A DNA stretch of 64,000 nucleotides from an uncultured Acidobacteriota bacterium (GTDB taxonomy: Bacteria; Acidobacteriota; UBA6911; CAINFC01). Below the pieces are notes generated by a model. The model ran no database searches, was not told the DNA's origin, and saw only the letters and a list, made by a program, of their open reading frames with translations. Where the stretch lies: NCBI GenBank assembly GCA_903847975.1, contig CAINFC010000005.1, forward strand, positions 6,322 through 70,321. The letters are read 5' to 3'. A program made the position numbers and the translations under genes. Position 1 is the first letter of the stretch. Each line of letters begins with the position of its first letter. Positions 1-13,000 of this stretch are shown in pieces.

Positions 1-1506
1 GATATTCCGGAGGCCTGGAAAGGACGCCAGGTTTATGTGCAGTTCGGCGCCGTGGACTATGAGGCCACCGTCTGGGTCAACGGCGAGCAGGCCGGCTTTC
101 ACCGGGGAGGCACCGCCGGTTTTGCTGTCGACATCACTCCTTTTCTTCGCCCCAAGGGGAACGCGATCGTGGTGCGGGCCTACGATCCTTCCGCCGATCG
201 GGGCATCCCGCGCGGCAAGCAGTACTGGGAGCCGGCCTCCCGCGGCATCTGGTACACGCGCACCAGCGGCATCTGGCAGAGCGTCTGGATGGAAGCCCGC
301 AGCCGGCAGCATATCCGTTCCCTGCGGGTGATTCCGGATGTGGACCGCTCCCAGGTGACCATCGAGGCGGTGGTCAGCCAGGCCGATCCCGGCCTGCGCT
401 TCCGGGCCACGGCCCTGGCGGACAAGGAGGTCGCCTCGCAGTCGGAAACCGCGTGCCGCAGCCTCCGGCCGACGGTAACCCTGCGGCTCGAGGGGCAGAG
501 GCTGTGGCGTCCGGAGAGGCCGCTGCTCTACGACCTGACCCTGGAGCTGGTCGCCGGCAGCCAGACCGTCGACCGGGTGGAAAGCTATTTCGGACAGCGC
601 AAAGTCGGAGTACTCAACGGCAAGGTGACGATCAACGACGATCCCTGCTATCTGAAGCTGGTCCTCGACCAGGGCTACTGGCCGGAAAGCATCCTGACTC
701 CGCCGAGCGACGAGGCCATCCGCTACGACATCGAAATGGCCAGGAAATTCGGCTTCAACGGAGCCCGGAAGCACCAGAAGGTGGAGGATCCGCGCTGGCA
801 CTACTGGTGCGACAAGCTGGGATTTCTGGTCTGGGGCGAGATGGCCAACGCCCAGGAGTTTAATCCCAGGAGCATGGCGCTTTTCCAGGCGGAGTGGCAG
901 GAGGTGGTGGAGCGCGACTGGAACCACCCCTCGGTCATTGCCTGGGTGCCGATTAACGAGAGCTGGGGCATTCCGCAGGTGTACCAGGACGCCGCCCAGC
1001 AGTCTTTTGCCAAGAATCTCTACTATCTGACCAAGGCGCTCGATCCCACCCGGCTGGTGGTGGATAATGACGGCTGGGAGCACACCGATGCCACCGACCT
1101 GTTCACCATCCACGACTATTCTCCGCAGGGGGCCATGCTGGCCGAGCGCTACCAGCCTCTGGAAAAAGGCATTTACGATTTTCCGTACCGGCGGCGCGGT
1201 CCCCTGGCCCTGGGCTACAAATACAATGGCACGCCCGTCCTGCTGACCGAGTTCGGCGGGATCGCCTATCGGCTGGACGCCTCCGAAAAAAAGGACCAGT
1301 GGGGCTACTCCGGGATCGAGCCGAGCAAGGAATCCATGCTGGCCCGGCTCAAAGGGCAGATCGACGCCATCCGCGGCAACCGCGTGATCGCCGGTTACTG
1401 CTACACCCAGCTGACCGACGTGGAGCAGGAAATCAACGGGATGATGACTTACGACCGCAAGCCCAAGGCCGATCCGGCGGAATTTGCCGCTATCCTGAAC
1501 AGGTAA
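1..1506 (+). CDS. Glycoside hydrolase family 2 (beta-galactosidase/beta-mannosidase/beta-glucuronidase-like), 5' partial
   Basis: Frame 1 is open from base 1 and translates DIPEAWKGRQVYVQFGAVDYEATVWVNG..GFHRGG..FAVDIT, the GH2 sugar-binding-domain signature. A TIM-barrel region follows (NHPSVIAWVPINES). The track ORF at 37 (GTG) is the same frame, so the gene starts upstream of the window. Confidence 0.8.
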   Translation, partial: DIPEAWKGRQVYVQFGAVDYEATVWVNGEQAGFHRGGTAGFAVDITPFLRPKGNAIVVRAYDPSADRGIPRGKQYWEPASRGIWYTRTSGIWQSVWMEARSRQHIRSLRVIPDVDRSQVTIEAVVSQADPGLRFRATALADKEVASQSETACRSLRPTVTLRLEGQRLWRPERPLLYDLTLELVAGSQTVDRVESYFGQRKVGVLNGKVTINDDPCYLKLVLDQGYWPESILTPPSDEAIRYDIEMARKFGFNGARKHQKVEDPRWHYWCDKLGFLVWGEMANAQEFNPRSMALFQAEWQEVVERDWNHPSVIAWVPINESWGIPQVYQDAAQQSFAKNLYYLTKALDPTRLVVDNDGWEHTDATDLFTIHDYSPQGAMLAERYQPLEKGIYDFPYRRRGPLALGYKYNGTPVLLTEFGGIAYRLDASEKKDQWGYSGIEPSKESMLARLKGQIDAIRGNRVIAGYCYTQLTDVEQEINGMMTYDRKPKADPAEFAAILNR

Positions 1507-1515
1507 GGTGCCGAC

Positions 1516-1974
1516 ATGGGAATTCATGAAGAGGTTCTGGGGAAAATAAGCGCTCTGGACCGAAACACGGCGGCCCGGGAGGAGTTTCTGGCCGCCGTCT
1601 GCCGGCTGCTGAAGCAGAGCTTCGCGCACTATGACTGGGTGGGGTACTACCTGGTCGACCCGGCCGCGGAGCGGCAGCTTATGCTGGGGCCGTTCGAGGG
1701 GGAGCCGACGGAGCATGTTCGCATCCCCTTCGGACAGGGCATCTGCGGCCAGGCGGCCGATCGGGGAACCACGTTTGTGATCCCGGATGTGAGCCTGGAG
1801 AGCAATTATCTTTCCTGCAGCGTTCACGTCCGATCGGAAATCGTGGTGCCGATTCTTAAGGAGGGCCGGGTGACCGGCGAGCTGGACATCGATTCCCACA
1901 CCCCGAACGCCTTTGGGGCCGACGATCGGGAGCTGCTGGAAAAAGTGGCGGAAATCAGCGCCCGGCGGTTGTGA
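1516..1974 (+). CDS. GAF domain protein (free methionine-(R)-sulfoxide reductase-like)
   Basis: 152 aa. Translates HYDWVGYYLV...GPFEGEPTEHVRIPFGQGICGQAA..GTTFVIPDV..VRSEIVVPI, typical of single-domain GAF/fRMsr proteins. ATG lies 9 nt after the GH2 stop. Confidence 0.6.
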   Translation: MGIHEEVLGKISALDRNTAAREEFLAAVCRLLKQSFAHYDWVGYYLVDPAAERQLMLGPFEGEPTEHVRIPFGQGICGQAADRGTTFVIPDVSLESNYLSCSVHVRSEIVVPILKEGRVTGELDIDSHTPNAFGADDRELLEKVAEISARRL

Positions 1975-2051
1975 GCCAATAAGCGCTTCTCAATGACAGG
2001 CCGAGAGAAATTTCTGAAAGGTGTGAATTCATTATTACAAGGAGCAGTGCG

Positions 2052-3086
2052 ATGATTCGAACCTATTGTTGCCGTCGATTTTTCATTCTGATTTGCCTGG
2101 CCGCCCTGGTTGCCTCTGCGGCTGCCCAGGGAACGGTGAAGTCGGAGAAAACCCCCTATGGCGGCTGGCCCAACTGCATCCGGCTGAGCAACGGGACCGT
2201 CGACCTGGTGGCCACTACCGATGTCGGACCGCGCGTCATCCGCTACGGGCTGTCCGGCAAGGAGAACGAGTTTTACGAGGACCCCGCCCAGATGGGCAAG
2301 ACCAACGCTTCCGAGTGGCTGGCTTTCGGCGGTCACCGCTTGTGGCTGGCCCCGGAGGCCAAGCCGCGCAGCTACGAAGCCGACAGCAGGCCGGTCCAGG
2401 CCCGTGTGGAAAATGGCGTGCTGCGGATGATCCAGCCGGTGGAGGCGGTATCCGGCATGCAGAAGGAAATCGAGGTCACCCTGGCGCCCACGGGCTCGCA
2501 TGTCAAGGTGGTGCACCGGCTGACCAACCGCAACGTCTGGGAGGTGGAAGTGGCCCCCTGGGCCTTGACCGTGATGGCCGGCAAAGGGATGGCTATTTTC
2601 CCGCAGGAGCCCTACTCCCCTCACCCGGACATTCCGGATACCCCCGGGCAGAAGATCGATAAAAAGTACTATCTGCCGGTGCGAGCCCTGGCTCTCTGGT
2701 CCTATACCAATTTGCAGGATCCGCGCTGGACGATCAGCCCCAAATACCTGATCCTCAGGCAGGATCCGGCGGCCACCCGGCCTCAGAAGGTCGGCCTGAC
2801 CAATCAGCAGAGCTGGGGAGCCTACCTTCGCAACGGGCATCTCTTCGTGAAAAAGGTGGTTTACCAGCCCGGCGCCAACTACCCGGATTTCGGCTGTTCC
2901 TTTGAAACCTTCACCAACCCGGTGATGCTGGAACTGGAAAGCCTGGGCCCCCTGGTCCGGCTGGCGCCCGGCGCCGGCGTGACCCACCAGGAGGACTGGT
3001 ACCTGTTTGACGGAGTTAAAATTGACGGATCCGATGCCTCGATCGACAGCCAGGTGCTGCCGAAAGTTCAGGGCATTTTCAAGTGA
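2052..3086 (+). CDS. Hypothetical secreted protein (Sec signal peptide)
   Basis: 344 aa. N-terminus CCRRFFILICLAALVASAAAQG has an h-region followed by AxA. Composition is non-repetitive and globular. I recognise no family. Confidence 0.55.
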   Translation: MIRTYCCRRFFILICLAALVASAAAQGTVKSEKTPYGGWPNCIRLSNGTVDLVATTDVGPRVIRYGLSGKENEFYEDPAQMGKTNASEWLAFGGHRLWLAPEAKPRSYEADSRPVQARVENGVLRMIQPVEAVSGMQKEIEVTLAPTGSHVKVVHRLTNRNVWEVEVAPWALTVMAGKGMAIFPQEPYSPHPDIPDTPGQKIDKKYYLPVRALALWSYTNLQDPRWTISPKYLILRQDPAATRPQKVGLTNQQSWGAYLRNGHLFVKKVVYQPGANYPDFGCSFETFTNPVMLELESLGPLVRLAPGAGVTHQEDWYLFDGVKIDGSDASIDSQVLPKVQGIFK

Positions 3087-3104
3087 GCCAAGCGGAGGGA
3101 ACCG

Positions 3105-3518
3105 ATGAAAGCCTATACCGATGAACACGCCGTGGCCGGGGTCGATGCCAAACACCCGGCCATCGAGGTCTGGCCCAACCAGTATCCTCGTTATGAGATC
3201 ACCATCGAGGTGCCGGAATACACTTCGGTTTGCCCGAAAACCGGGCTGCCCGACTTCGGCAAAATCACCATCCAATACATGCCGGACCAATGGTGCGTGG
3301 AGCTGAAGTCCTTCAAGGAGTACCTGCTTTCCTACCGCAACCTCGGCATTTTTTACGAGAATGCGGTCAACAAAATCCTGCGCGACTTCTCCGCGGCCTG
3401 CAAGCCGGAATGGGTGGAGGTTCTCGGGGAATTTACCTCCCGTGGAGGCATCAGCACCTCGGTGCGTGCCCAGTACATGGGCCGGTCGACGCGCCACGCC
3501 GCCCGCAGCCGCAAGTAA
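3105..3518 (+). CDS. queF: NADPH-dependent 7-cyano-7-deazaguanine (preQ0) reductase
   Basis: 137 aa. Contains YEITIEVPEYTSVCPKTGLPDFGKITIQYMPDQWCVELKSFKEYLLSYRN, the type I QueF catalytic Cys and (E/S)LK motif region. Confidence 0.8.
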   Translation: MKAYTDEHAVAGVDAKHPAIEVWPNQYPRYEITIEVPEYTSVCPKTGLPDFGKITIQYMPDQWCVELKSFKEYLLSYRNLGIFYENAVNKILRDFSAACKPEWVEVLGEFTSRGGISTSVRAQYMGRSTRHAARSRK

Positions 3519-3572
3519 CTCCCGGCGGGGGCTTCCGCAGAAGGGTCCACTCTCTCTCAATCCGAGGCGATC

Positions 3573-5600
3573 ATGAAACGAATCTCTCTCTTTCTGGCAC
3601 TCTGCTTCTTCGGAAGTCAACTTCCGGCGGCCGAAAAGCGGCCGATGAAAACCGAGGACCTCATGTCCCTGGTGCGGATTGGCGATCCGCAGATATCGCC
3701 GGACGGAAAATGGATCGCCTATGTCCAGACCCGCACCCTGGTGGAAAAGAACAGCCGCAGCAGCGACATTTTCCTGGTTTCCGCCGAGGGCGGGGAATCC
3801 CGTCAGCTGACCTTTTCATCCGCCTCCAGCGATACACCCCGATGGTCGCCGGATGGGAAAACACTGGCCTACCTGTCGGGAAGAGAACAGGGATCCCAGA
3901 TCTGGCTGCTTTCCATGGCGGGAGGAGAAGCCCGGCGGCTGACCAGCCTGAGCACGGAAGCCGGCGGTCCGATCTGCTGGTCGCCGGACGGCCGCTACCT
4001 GGCCTTTGTCAGCGATGTCTACCCGGAGTGCCAGGACGAGGAGTGCAATCGCAGGAAAGACCAGGACCGGGCCGAAAGCAAGGTACAGGCCCGCACGGTC
4101 ACCCGGCTGCCCTACCGCGTCTGGAACCGCTGGCGCGACGGCAAGCAGAGCCATCTTTTTATCGTGACCGCCGCCGGCGGGACGCCCAGGGATATCACGC
4201 CGGGCGATGGAGACGTTCCGCCCATCGATCTGGGCGGCCCGCAGGACTATAGCTTCAGCCCGGATGGCAACGAGGTCTGCTTCACGCGCACTGCCGATGC
4301 GGAGATTGCCCTCAGCACCAATCACGACCTCTGGACCGTTCCGACGGGCGGGGGGAGCGCAGTGCGGATCACCTCCAGCCCGGCTGCCGACAATACGCCG
4401 AAATATTCTCCGGACGGGCGCTGGATCGCCTATCGGGCCCAGACGCGGCCGGGGTACGAGGCGGACCGCTGGCGGCTGATGCTCTATGAACGCAAGACAG
4501 GGCAGTCGCGCTCGCTGACGGAATCCTGGGACCGCAGCATTTCCGATTTCCAATGGGCTCCCGATGCCAAAGCGCTGTATCTGATAGCCGATGAGCGCGG
4601 CCGGAGCTCGCTGTTCTCCCTGCGCTTGGAGGAAGGCGCTTCGCCGGTCCGGCGGATGGAAAAAGGGAGTCAGGGGAGCCCGCAGATTAGCGCGGACGGG
4701 CGGCTCCTGGTTTACCTGCAACAGAGTCTCACGGCCCCGCCGGAGGTTTTCGTGGCCGGCGTCGACGGGATGCAGCCCAGAGCGGTAACCGCCGTAAACC
4801 GGAGCTGGCGGGAGGAGCTGGACATGCCCGTGCCGGAGGACATTTCCTGGAAAGGGGCCGAGGGCGCGGCCGTGCAGGGATGGCTGGTCAAGCCTCCGCA
4901 GTTCCGGCCGGATGCCCGGTACCCCCTGGTGCTGCTGATCCACGGCGGACCCCAGGGAGCCTGGGAGGACAGCTTTTCCACCCGCTGGAATCCGGTCCTC
5001 TGGGCGGCTCAGGGCTATGTAGTCCTGGCAGCCAATCCGCGCGGCAGCACGTCCTTCGGCCAGCGCTTCACGGATGAGATATCCGGCGACTGGGGCGGCA
5101 AGGCTTTCGCCGACCTGATGGCCGGAGTCGATCACCTCATCGGTCTAGGCTTTACGGATTCCTCAAAAATGGCTGCCGCGGGGGGATCCTACGGCGGCTA
5201 CATGGTGAACTGGATGCTGGGCCACACCGACCGCTTCAAGGCATTCGTTTCGCATGCCGGCGTGTATAACCTGGAAAGCATGTACGGGGCAACGGAAGAG
5301 CTTTGGTTTACGGAGTGGGAGTTCCAGGGAACCCCCTGGGGCAATCCGGAATCCTACCGCCGCTGGTCGCCGCATCTGGCGGCCGGTAAGTTCAAAACCC
5401 CCACGCTGGTCATTCACGGAGAGCAGGATTTCCGGGTGCCTGTCGGCGAGGGGCTGCAGCTCTTCACCGCGCTGCAGAGGCAGAAGGTGCCCTCCAAGCT
5501 GCTCTATTTCCCCGATGAGGGGCACTGGGTGCTCAAGCCCCGGAACAGCCTGCTGTGGCACAGGACCATATTCGACTGGCTGCGCATTCACCTGCGCTGA
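3573..5600 (+). CDS. S9 family serine peptidase (prolyl oligopeptidase/acylaminoacyl-peptidase-like) with N-terminal TolB/PD40-like beta-propeller
   Basis: 675 aa. Signal peptide MKRISLFLALCFFGSQLPA. Repeated SPDG.(W/Y)IAY propeller motifs. C-terminal alpha/beta-hydrolase region has the catalytic Ser in GGSYGGYM, later Asp (GEQDFRV) and His (EGHW). Confidence 0.8.
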   Translation: MKRISLFLALCFFGSQLPAAEKRPMKTEDLMSLVRIGDPQISPDGKWIAYVQTRTLVEKNSRSSDIFLVSAEGGESRQLTFSSASSDTPRWSPDGKTLAYLSGREQGSQIWLLSMAGGEARRLTSLSTEAGGPICWSPDGRYLAFVSDVYPECQDEECNRRKDQDRAESKVQARTVTRLPYRVWNRWRDGKQSHLFIVTAAGGTPRDITPGDGDVPPIDLGGPQDYSFSPDGNEVCFTRTADAEIALSTNHDLWTVPTGGGSAVRITSSPAADNTPKYSPDGRWIAYRAQTRPGYEADRWRLMLYERKTGQSRSLTESWDRSISDFQWAPDAKALYLIADERGRSSLFSLRLEEGASPVRRMEKGSQGSPQISADGRLLVYLQQSLTAPPEVFVAGVDGMQPRAVTAVNRSWREELDMPVPEDISWKGAEGAAVQGWLVKPPQFRPDARYPLVLLIHGGPQGAWEDSFSTRWNPVLWAAQGYVVLAANPRGSTSFGQRFTDEISGDWGGKAFADLMAGVDHLIGLGFTDSSKMAAAGGSYGGYMVNWMLGHTDRFKAFVSHAGVYNLESMYGATEELWFTEWEFQGTPWGNPESYRRWSPHLAAGKFKTPTLVIHGEQDFRVPVGEGLQLFTALQRQKVPSKLLYFPDEGHWVLKPRNSLLWHRTIFDWLRIHLR

Positions 5601-5630
5601 TGGGAGAGGGAAGGGATTTCGGATCGGATC

Positions 5631-5712
5631 GGCTTTCATCCGTTCCATCCGCTGTTTCCGTGTAACTTTCTGAAATCAGCGGTTCCCCGGGGAGGTGTCC
5701 TTTTCTTTCCCC
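5631..5712. repeat. Intergenic repeat element, copy C (contains an insertion relative to the other two copies)
   Basis: catccgttccatccgctgtttccgtgtaac...ggtgtccttttctttcc shares the CATCCGC(C/T)GTTTCCGTGTAA core and a GTCCTTTTC tail with copies at about 28121 and 33081. Lies between convergent genes. Confidence 0.5.
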
Positions 5713-5715
5713 TGG

Positions 5716-6531
5716 CTACGGTGCACCCGTAATGTTGTCGGCGGCTGCTTTCCGGCGCATGGCGGCCGTCCCCGCTTTCCGGGACAGCCAGTCAAAAACC
5801 GGATCGGGCATGTGGCGCAGCAGCCCGAAGACGATCCGCATCGGGAACGGAAAAACATAGCGCTTCTTTCCCCGCTCGATGGCCCCGGCGATCCGCGCCG
5901 CGGCCTGTTCGGGATCCAGCAGCCAGGGCATCCAGGGATTGCGGGCGGTCATCGGCGTGCGGACATATCCCGGGAAAATGCAGCTGATCCGGATTCCTGC
6001 CTCTTCCCACCGCGGCCGGCAGGATTCGGCATAGGTGGCCAGGGCCGCCTTGGATGCGGAGTAGGCCGCCGTTCCCGGCAGCCCGCGTACTCCGGCCACG
6101 GAGCTGATGACCGCGATCTGTCCGGGAGTGCGGGAGCGTACCCACAGCTCCTTGCAGAACTCCATGCCGGCCAGCGTTCCTAAAACATTGGTGAGCAGCG
6201 TCCGCCGGGTGTTCTCCCAGCCCGGCAGCAGGGGGTCGACAGATCGCCCCACGCCGGCATTGGCAATCAGCAGATCCGGCAATCCGCCCTTGCGGACCAG
6301 GCGGTCCAGGGCCTGCAGGAGGTCTTGCTCTTCGGAAATATCCACCGCTTCCCAATGAAAGAACTGCCGGGGGTACTCGGATTGCAGGGTGCGGCATAGC
6401 CCGGCCAGTACCTCCTCACGGCGGGCCAGCAGGCACAGGCTCCACCCGCGGCCGGCGTACTCCCGGGTCAGGGCCTCGCCGATTCCCGAACTGGCTCCCG
6501 TAATCCAGGCGGTCTTTCTGCCGGGAGTCAT
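5716..6531 (-). CDS. SDR family short-chain dehydrogenase/reductase
   Basis: 271 aa. TGASSGIG Rossmann motif near the N-terminus. YSASKAA active-site motif. NAG region (IANAGVG). Confidence 0.8.
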   Translation of the reverse strand: MTPGRKTAWITGASSGIGEALTREYAGRGWSLCLLARREEVLAGLCRTLQSEYPRQFFHWEAVDISEEQDLLQALDRLVRKGGLPDLLIANAGVGRSVDPLLPGWENTRRTLLTNVLGTLAGMEFCKELWVRSRTPGQIAVISSVAGVRGLPGTAAYSASKAALATYAESCRPRWEEAGIRISCIFPGYVRTPMTARNPWMPWLLDPEQAAARIAGAIERGKKRYVFPFPMRIVFGLLRHMPDPVFDWLSRKAGTAAMRRKAAADNITGAP

Positions 6532-7589
6532 GGCTGACTTTTCGACTGCCCGGAGTCGGGGTGAATCATCAGGGAGCTGACATCCACCGCTTCGAAGGAC
6601 GAGCCGAGAACCCGGTGCAGCTCACGGAGATGGTCGTTGTTCCAGCGCTCGTCCGGAGCCCCGGACAGAAACCAGGCGGACCCGTTGTCCGCCAGGATCA
6701 TCCCGTATTTTTTCAGTGCCTTCAGGATAACCTGCACCTCCGGAGAAAAGGTGCTGATATCGGTGTCGGCCTTCAGGCGGAAGCGCTGCCCCATGGGCGG
6801 GTATTGCATGCCGGTCAGGCTGGAGGCATAGTGCCGGGCGGGCCATACATAGGCGCGCCGGGTCGAAGGGACCGTGAAGCGGAGGGCGTGTCTTATTTCT
6901 CCTGAGGCCACCTCGTCGTAGCGCACCAGGCCGGGAAGAATGGGCAGTCCGGCGGCGTCGGCCGACGTCCAGGTGTCGGGGCGCAGGACGTGGCTCCGCA
7001 GATCGTAAAGCGCCCCCGAGCTGGCCCACCAGCTGCCATCGCTTTGCGGCCAGGAATTATAGAGCTCATAAAGCAGGCAGGTGCTGCGGTCCACGACCAG
7101 GACGTGCCGGTCCCCGTCCGAATCCGACCCTCCTTCGATCGGCGCTTGCGGCGGAACGGGAAAGGGGCCGGGATCGCTCTCATCGCCGTAATCTGTATAG
7201 ACGATCGGAACTTTCGGCTGGGTTCCGGGAACGGTGATAAAAGGAATTCCGATGGGCCCGTTGTCCCAGAGCCCGGCGCCGAAATCGGCGTGGACGTTTC
7301 GGGTGGGTCCGATGGTCTGAATGTAGGCGGAGGAATTGACATCCGCCAACATGCGGTCGACCGGAGTATTCCAGATGTTGTCCGCGGGAAAAACCGGGCA
7401 TCCGTCCAGCACCGGCCCGGGGGCCACCTCCTGGCTTCGGACGGTCAGAGGCAGGAAGGACTGATAAGTCTGAGCGGCTGCCGGGCAGGAAATTCGCACC
7501 AGGACAGCCAGAAGCGCAGCGAGGCGGAAAGCAGTCCGGAAAGGCGGCCCGCCTGCTGCCTTTCTCCCGGAATCAGGATCGATAATCAT
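6528..7589 (-). CDS. Hypothetical secreted protein
   Basis: 353 aa. Signal-like segment FRLAALLAVLVRISCPAAAQ. Stop overlaps the SDR start by 4 nt, suggesting an operon. No family recognised. Confidence 0.5.
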   Translation of the reverse strand: MIIDPDSGRKAAGGPPFRTAFRLAALLAVLVRISCPAAAQTYQSFLPLTVRSQEVAPGPVLDGCPVFPADNIWNTPVDRMLADVNSSAYIQTIGPTRNVHADFGAGLWDNGPIGIPFITVPGTQPKVPIVYTDYGDESDPGPFPVPPQAPIEGGSDSDGDRHVLVVDRSTCLLYELYNSWPQSDGSWWASSGALYDLRSHVLRPDTWTSADAAGLPILPGLVRYDEVASGEIRHALRFTVPSTRRAYVWPARHYASSLTGMQYPPMGQRFRLKADTDISTFSPEVQVILKALKKYGMILADNGSAWFLSGAPDERWNNDHLRELHRVLGSSFEAVDVSSLMIHPDSGQSKSQP

Positions 7590-7717
7590 TTCTCTATTCT
7601 AGCACCGACGGGTCGCAAAGAAAGAACCGGAATCACCATGAAGTGCTTATTCCCTGATAAGAGATGCTTTTTTGGACGAAGACAAGGGCCGCCCATCTGG
7701 GATATATTTGGGGGGCC

Positions 7718-9730
<2,013 letters not shown>

Positions 9731-9931
9731 ATTCCGGCTGGAGAGTAGTCGGATCCTGGGGGAATGGGGCTCGACGGCCAGTGGATTTCCAGAACGGTAT
9801 TTCGGACCGAACCAGCGGATGGTGGACCATTACCCCCCCCCACCGGCAGGAGTTCTGCGTAAACCAGATCGATAGCGGCCAAACGATATCCCAAGTTTTC
9901 CGGAATACTATTCGAATCTTGATAGTTGTAT

Positions 9932-9960
9932 TTGACAAGAAACGGTTGATTATGTAAATT
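9932..9960 (+). promoter_or_regulatory. Sigma70-like promoter candidate for the TonB-dependent receptor gene (TTGACA-N17-TAAATT)
   Basis: TTGACA at about 9932-9937. A 17-nt spacer follows, then TAAATT at about 9955-9960, roughly 60 nt upstream of the ATG. AAGGAGAG RBS lies 7 nt before the ATG at 10019. The local region has low GC. Confidence 0.4.
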
Positions 9961-10018
9961 GCCAGAATACGGTGTATCGGTTGCTGGATTTATTCCGTTG
10001 ATGATAAGGAGAGCATAC

Positions 10019-13000
10019 ATGTTAAAACGATGTTTCTTGTTTATCGCCGCAATCAGCCTTTTCTGCTCCGCCGTCCTGCCGCAGAGCTCCACAGGCAGCG
10101 TACGTGGAACCGTCCGCGATCAGTCGGAGGCAGTCGTTCCCGGGGTGTCGGTCGTCCTGACGAACCTCGATACCAACGTCTCCAGCAAAAGTACAACTAA
10201 CGAAGTCGGTTTTTATATCGTCCCCGGGTTGATCGCCGGCAGGTATCGTCTCACTGCCGAACAGACCGGCTTTCAGATTCTGGAAAACACAATCACGGTA
10301 CAGGTCGGGCAGAATGTGGTCATCGATCCGGTGCTGAAGCCCGGCGCGGTGAGTACTACCGTGGTGGTTCAGAGCGAGGCTCCGATGGTGGTTACCGACA
10401 GCCCCGCGCTGGGTCACGTCCTGGAGCGTCGGCGTATCGAACAGCTGCCGCTTAACGGGCGTACCCTTTCCGGCCTTCTGGTCACCATTCCCGGCCAGGA
10501 GGGGACCCGGGCCTATGGTATCCGCGACGGGTCGCAGGAGGTGATTCTGGACGGCGCCGCCACAGCCGACAAACTCTGGGGCGGGATGGCCCGGCGGCAG
10601 GCCAGCCTGGAAGCGATCGAGGAGTTCCGGGTCGAGAACAACAGCTCCTCCGCAAAATTTTCGCGCCCCACATCGATTGTCGCCTCCACGCGAAGCGGGA
10701 CCAATCGGCTGCACGGAACTCTTTTTGAGACCAATCGGAACAACGCCTACGGCAAGGCGAGAAGGAGAGAGGACAACTACGCCAAGGCGCCCATGCTGAA
10801 CCGCAACGAGTACGGGGGATCCGTTGGCGGGCCTCTGTACCTTCCCAGGATTTACGACGGAAAGGACCGCACCTTCTGGTTTTTCGCCTACGAAGGATTA
10901 CGGCAGATCGCTCCTTCGACGATGGGCTTTCCGGTCCCCACCGAGGCGATGCGCAACGGGGATTTCAGCGGGCTGAAGGACTCGGAGGGGCGCACCATCA
11001 AGATCTACGATCCCTGGACGACGGACAGCAATACCTGGCAGCGTCAGCAATTCGCCTATAGGGGAGTTCCCAATGTCATCGATCCGGCCAGAATGTCGCC
11101 GATCGCCAAGACCCTGTTCGGTATTACCCCGCTGCCGACCGAGCCCAACGTCAATCCGTATATCGATAACAACTGGTGGGGCCCGGTACCGAGCACGCGG
11201 CGTCAGTGGATCATGAATATGCGCTTCGATCATCGCATCTCCGAAAAGGATCAGATCTTCGGGCGTTACAGCCAGGGGCATCATTATCAGTACTCGCAGT
11301 TTTACGCACAGCCGATGCTCAATGGCGTCGCCGGTACGCAACAGACCACTGCACCCAATAAAACCCTGGGGATTACCCATTTGCACACCTTTTCGCCGAC
11401 CTTCTTCAATGAGCTGCTGGTCAGCGGAAACCGCGAGCTGGCCTATAACGGAACCGGCGATCCCAATCGCAAATATGCCGATGAGATGGGGCTCCCCAAT
11501 CCAATGGGCGTGGCCGGGTGGCCCGGCATCTACCCCTCGGGCCTGAGAGGGGATGCCTATTATTTCGAAACCCAGAATACCAGCTACGCGGCCTTGAGCA
11601 ATGTGATCATCGACGACAACATGACCAAAATCAAGGGGCGGCATGAATTCCTTTTTGGCGGCCATTACCGGTACGATCAGATGAATTATCTGCCGGAGCA
11701 GCAGCAGGTAGCCGGAAATATCAACACCAATTCGGGATTTACCTCTCTGTACGACCCTTCCTCCTCCCGTACCAGTCCTCAGGCAACTCCCTTCACGGGC
11801 AACGGTATCGCCAATCTCTATCTCGGGGGAATGATCTACAGCAACCAGTTCGTTCGCAACTACTTCTACGCCCGGGGCAAGGAATATGCCCTTTACTTTC
11901 AGGACAACTTCCGGGTTACCCCTCGTCTGACCCTGAATTTGGGCCTTCGCTGGGAGTTCTGGCCTTCCTACTCCGAAAAGAACAAAGTGATGGTCAGCTT
12001 TGACGACAAGACCAAGTCGATCGTTCTCGGCCAGGATCTGGCGACTCTGTACCGTATGGGAGCTACTCTGCCCTCGATTGTAACCCGCTACCAGGGCTTT
12101 GGGGCCAAATTCATCGATCCTCAGGCCGCCGGCCTGCCGCCCAAGCTGATCGACAACTACTTTAAGGATTTCGGACCGCGCCTCGGTCTTGCCTACCGCG
12201 CGGGCGACGGGGCCAGGTCGTTTGTCGTTCGCGGCGGATATCGGATTTCCTACTTTCCGCTTCCATTGACTACCTGGGGACAGCGGATGAGAAGCAACGC
12301 CCCGCTCAATGCCCGTTTCTACAATGACGTGTACTCCAATGCCGCAACTTCCCCGGACGGCATCGCCGCCTGGGGGATGCGTTCCGTTCCTACCATTATC
12401 GGGGGCCTCAACAGCAAGAACGCCGTGAGCCTGGAAGACCCGCGGAGCCTGAGCCGCGGTTCGGCCCTGGTCAGCTATTTCGACCGGAATCAGCCGGACA
12501 GCCGCGTTCAGGACTGGAATCTCACCCTGGAGAAGGAAGTCATGTCCAACACCCTGCTGCGGGTCGGCTATTTCGGCAATCATGTCGACAACCTGGAGCA
12601 GTATTACCGGTATAACGAAAATCCCACCGATTATGTATGGTTCAAGAACACCGGTCTGGCCATCCCCGGGGGCGAGTACGCCGGTGTGGCCCGCCGGCCT
12701 TTCGATCAGGTCGTCTACGGGACTATCGAGCGCTACCAGAAGAGCGGCTGGTCCAATTCCAACGGCATGCAGTTCGAGCTGGAACGGCGCTTCAGCAAAG
12801 GCTTCAGCTATCAGCTGTTCTATGTCGTGCAGAACGTATTCACGGCCGGGGGGCGCAGCTACAGCGGGGTCATTCCGGGGCAGAACATCTTTTTAACCGG
12901 CACGGTCCCCACCGATTTGGACGCCCTGAACCGCCTGTACAACTACCAGCGCGACACCACCATACCCAAGCATCGCGTCCGCTGGAACTGGGTTGCCGAT

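Noticed and set aside
1824-3620. Long antisense ORFs throughout the window: 1824-3620(-), 3816-5135(-), 10898-12583(-), 15017-16402(-), 18043-19569(-), 19340-21022(-), 21225-23039(-), 24013-25365(-), 26091-27662(-), 37733-39337(-), 44103-45797(-), 46378-47613(-), 49177-50865(-)
   Set aside because: Each lies opposite a gene with clear family-level motifs. Their translations are Arg/Pro/Gly-rich and low-complexity with no recognisable domains. This is the usual stop-codon depletion on the antisense strand of high-GC coding DNA.
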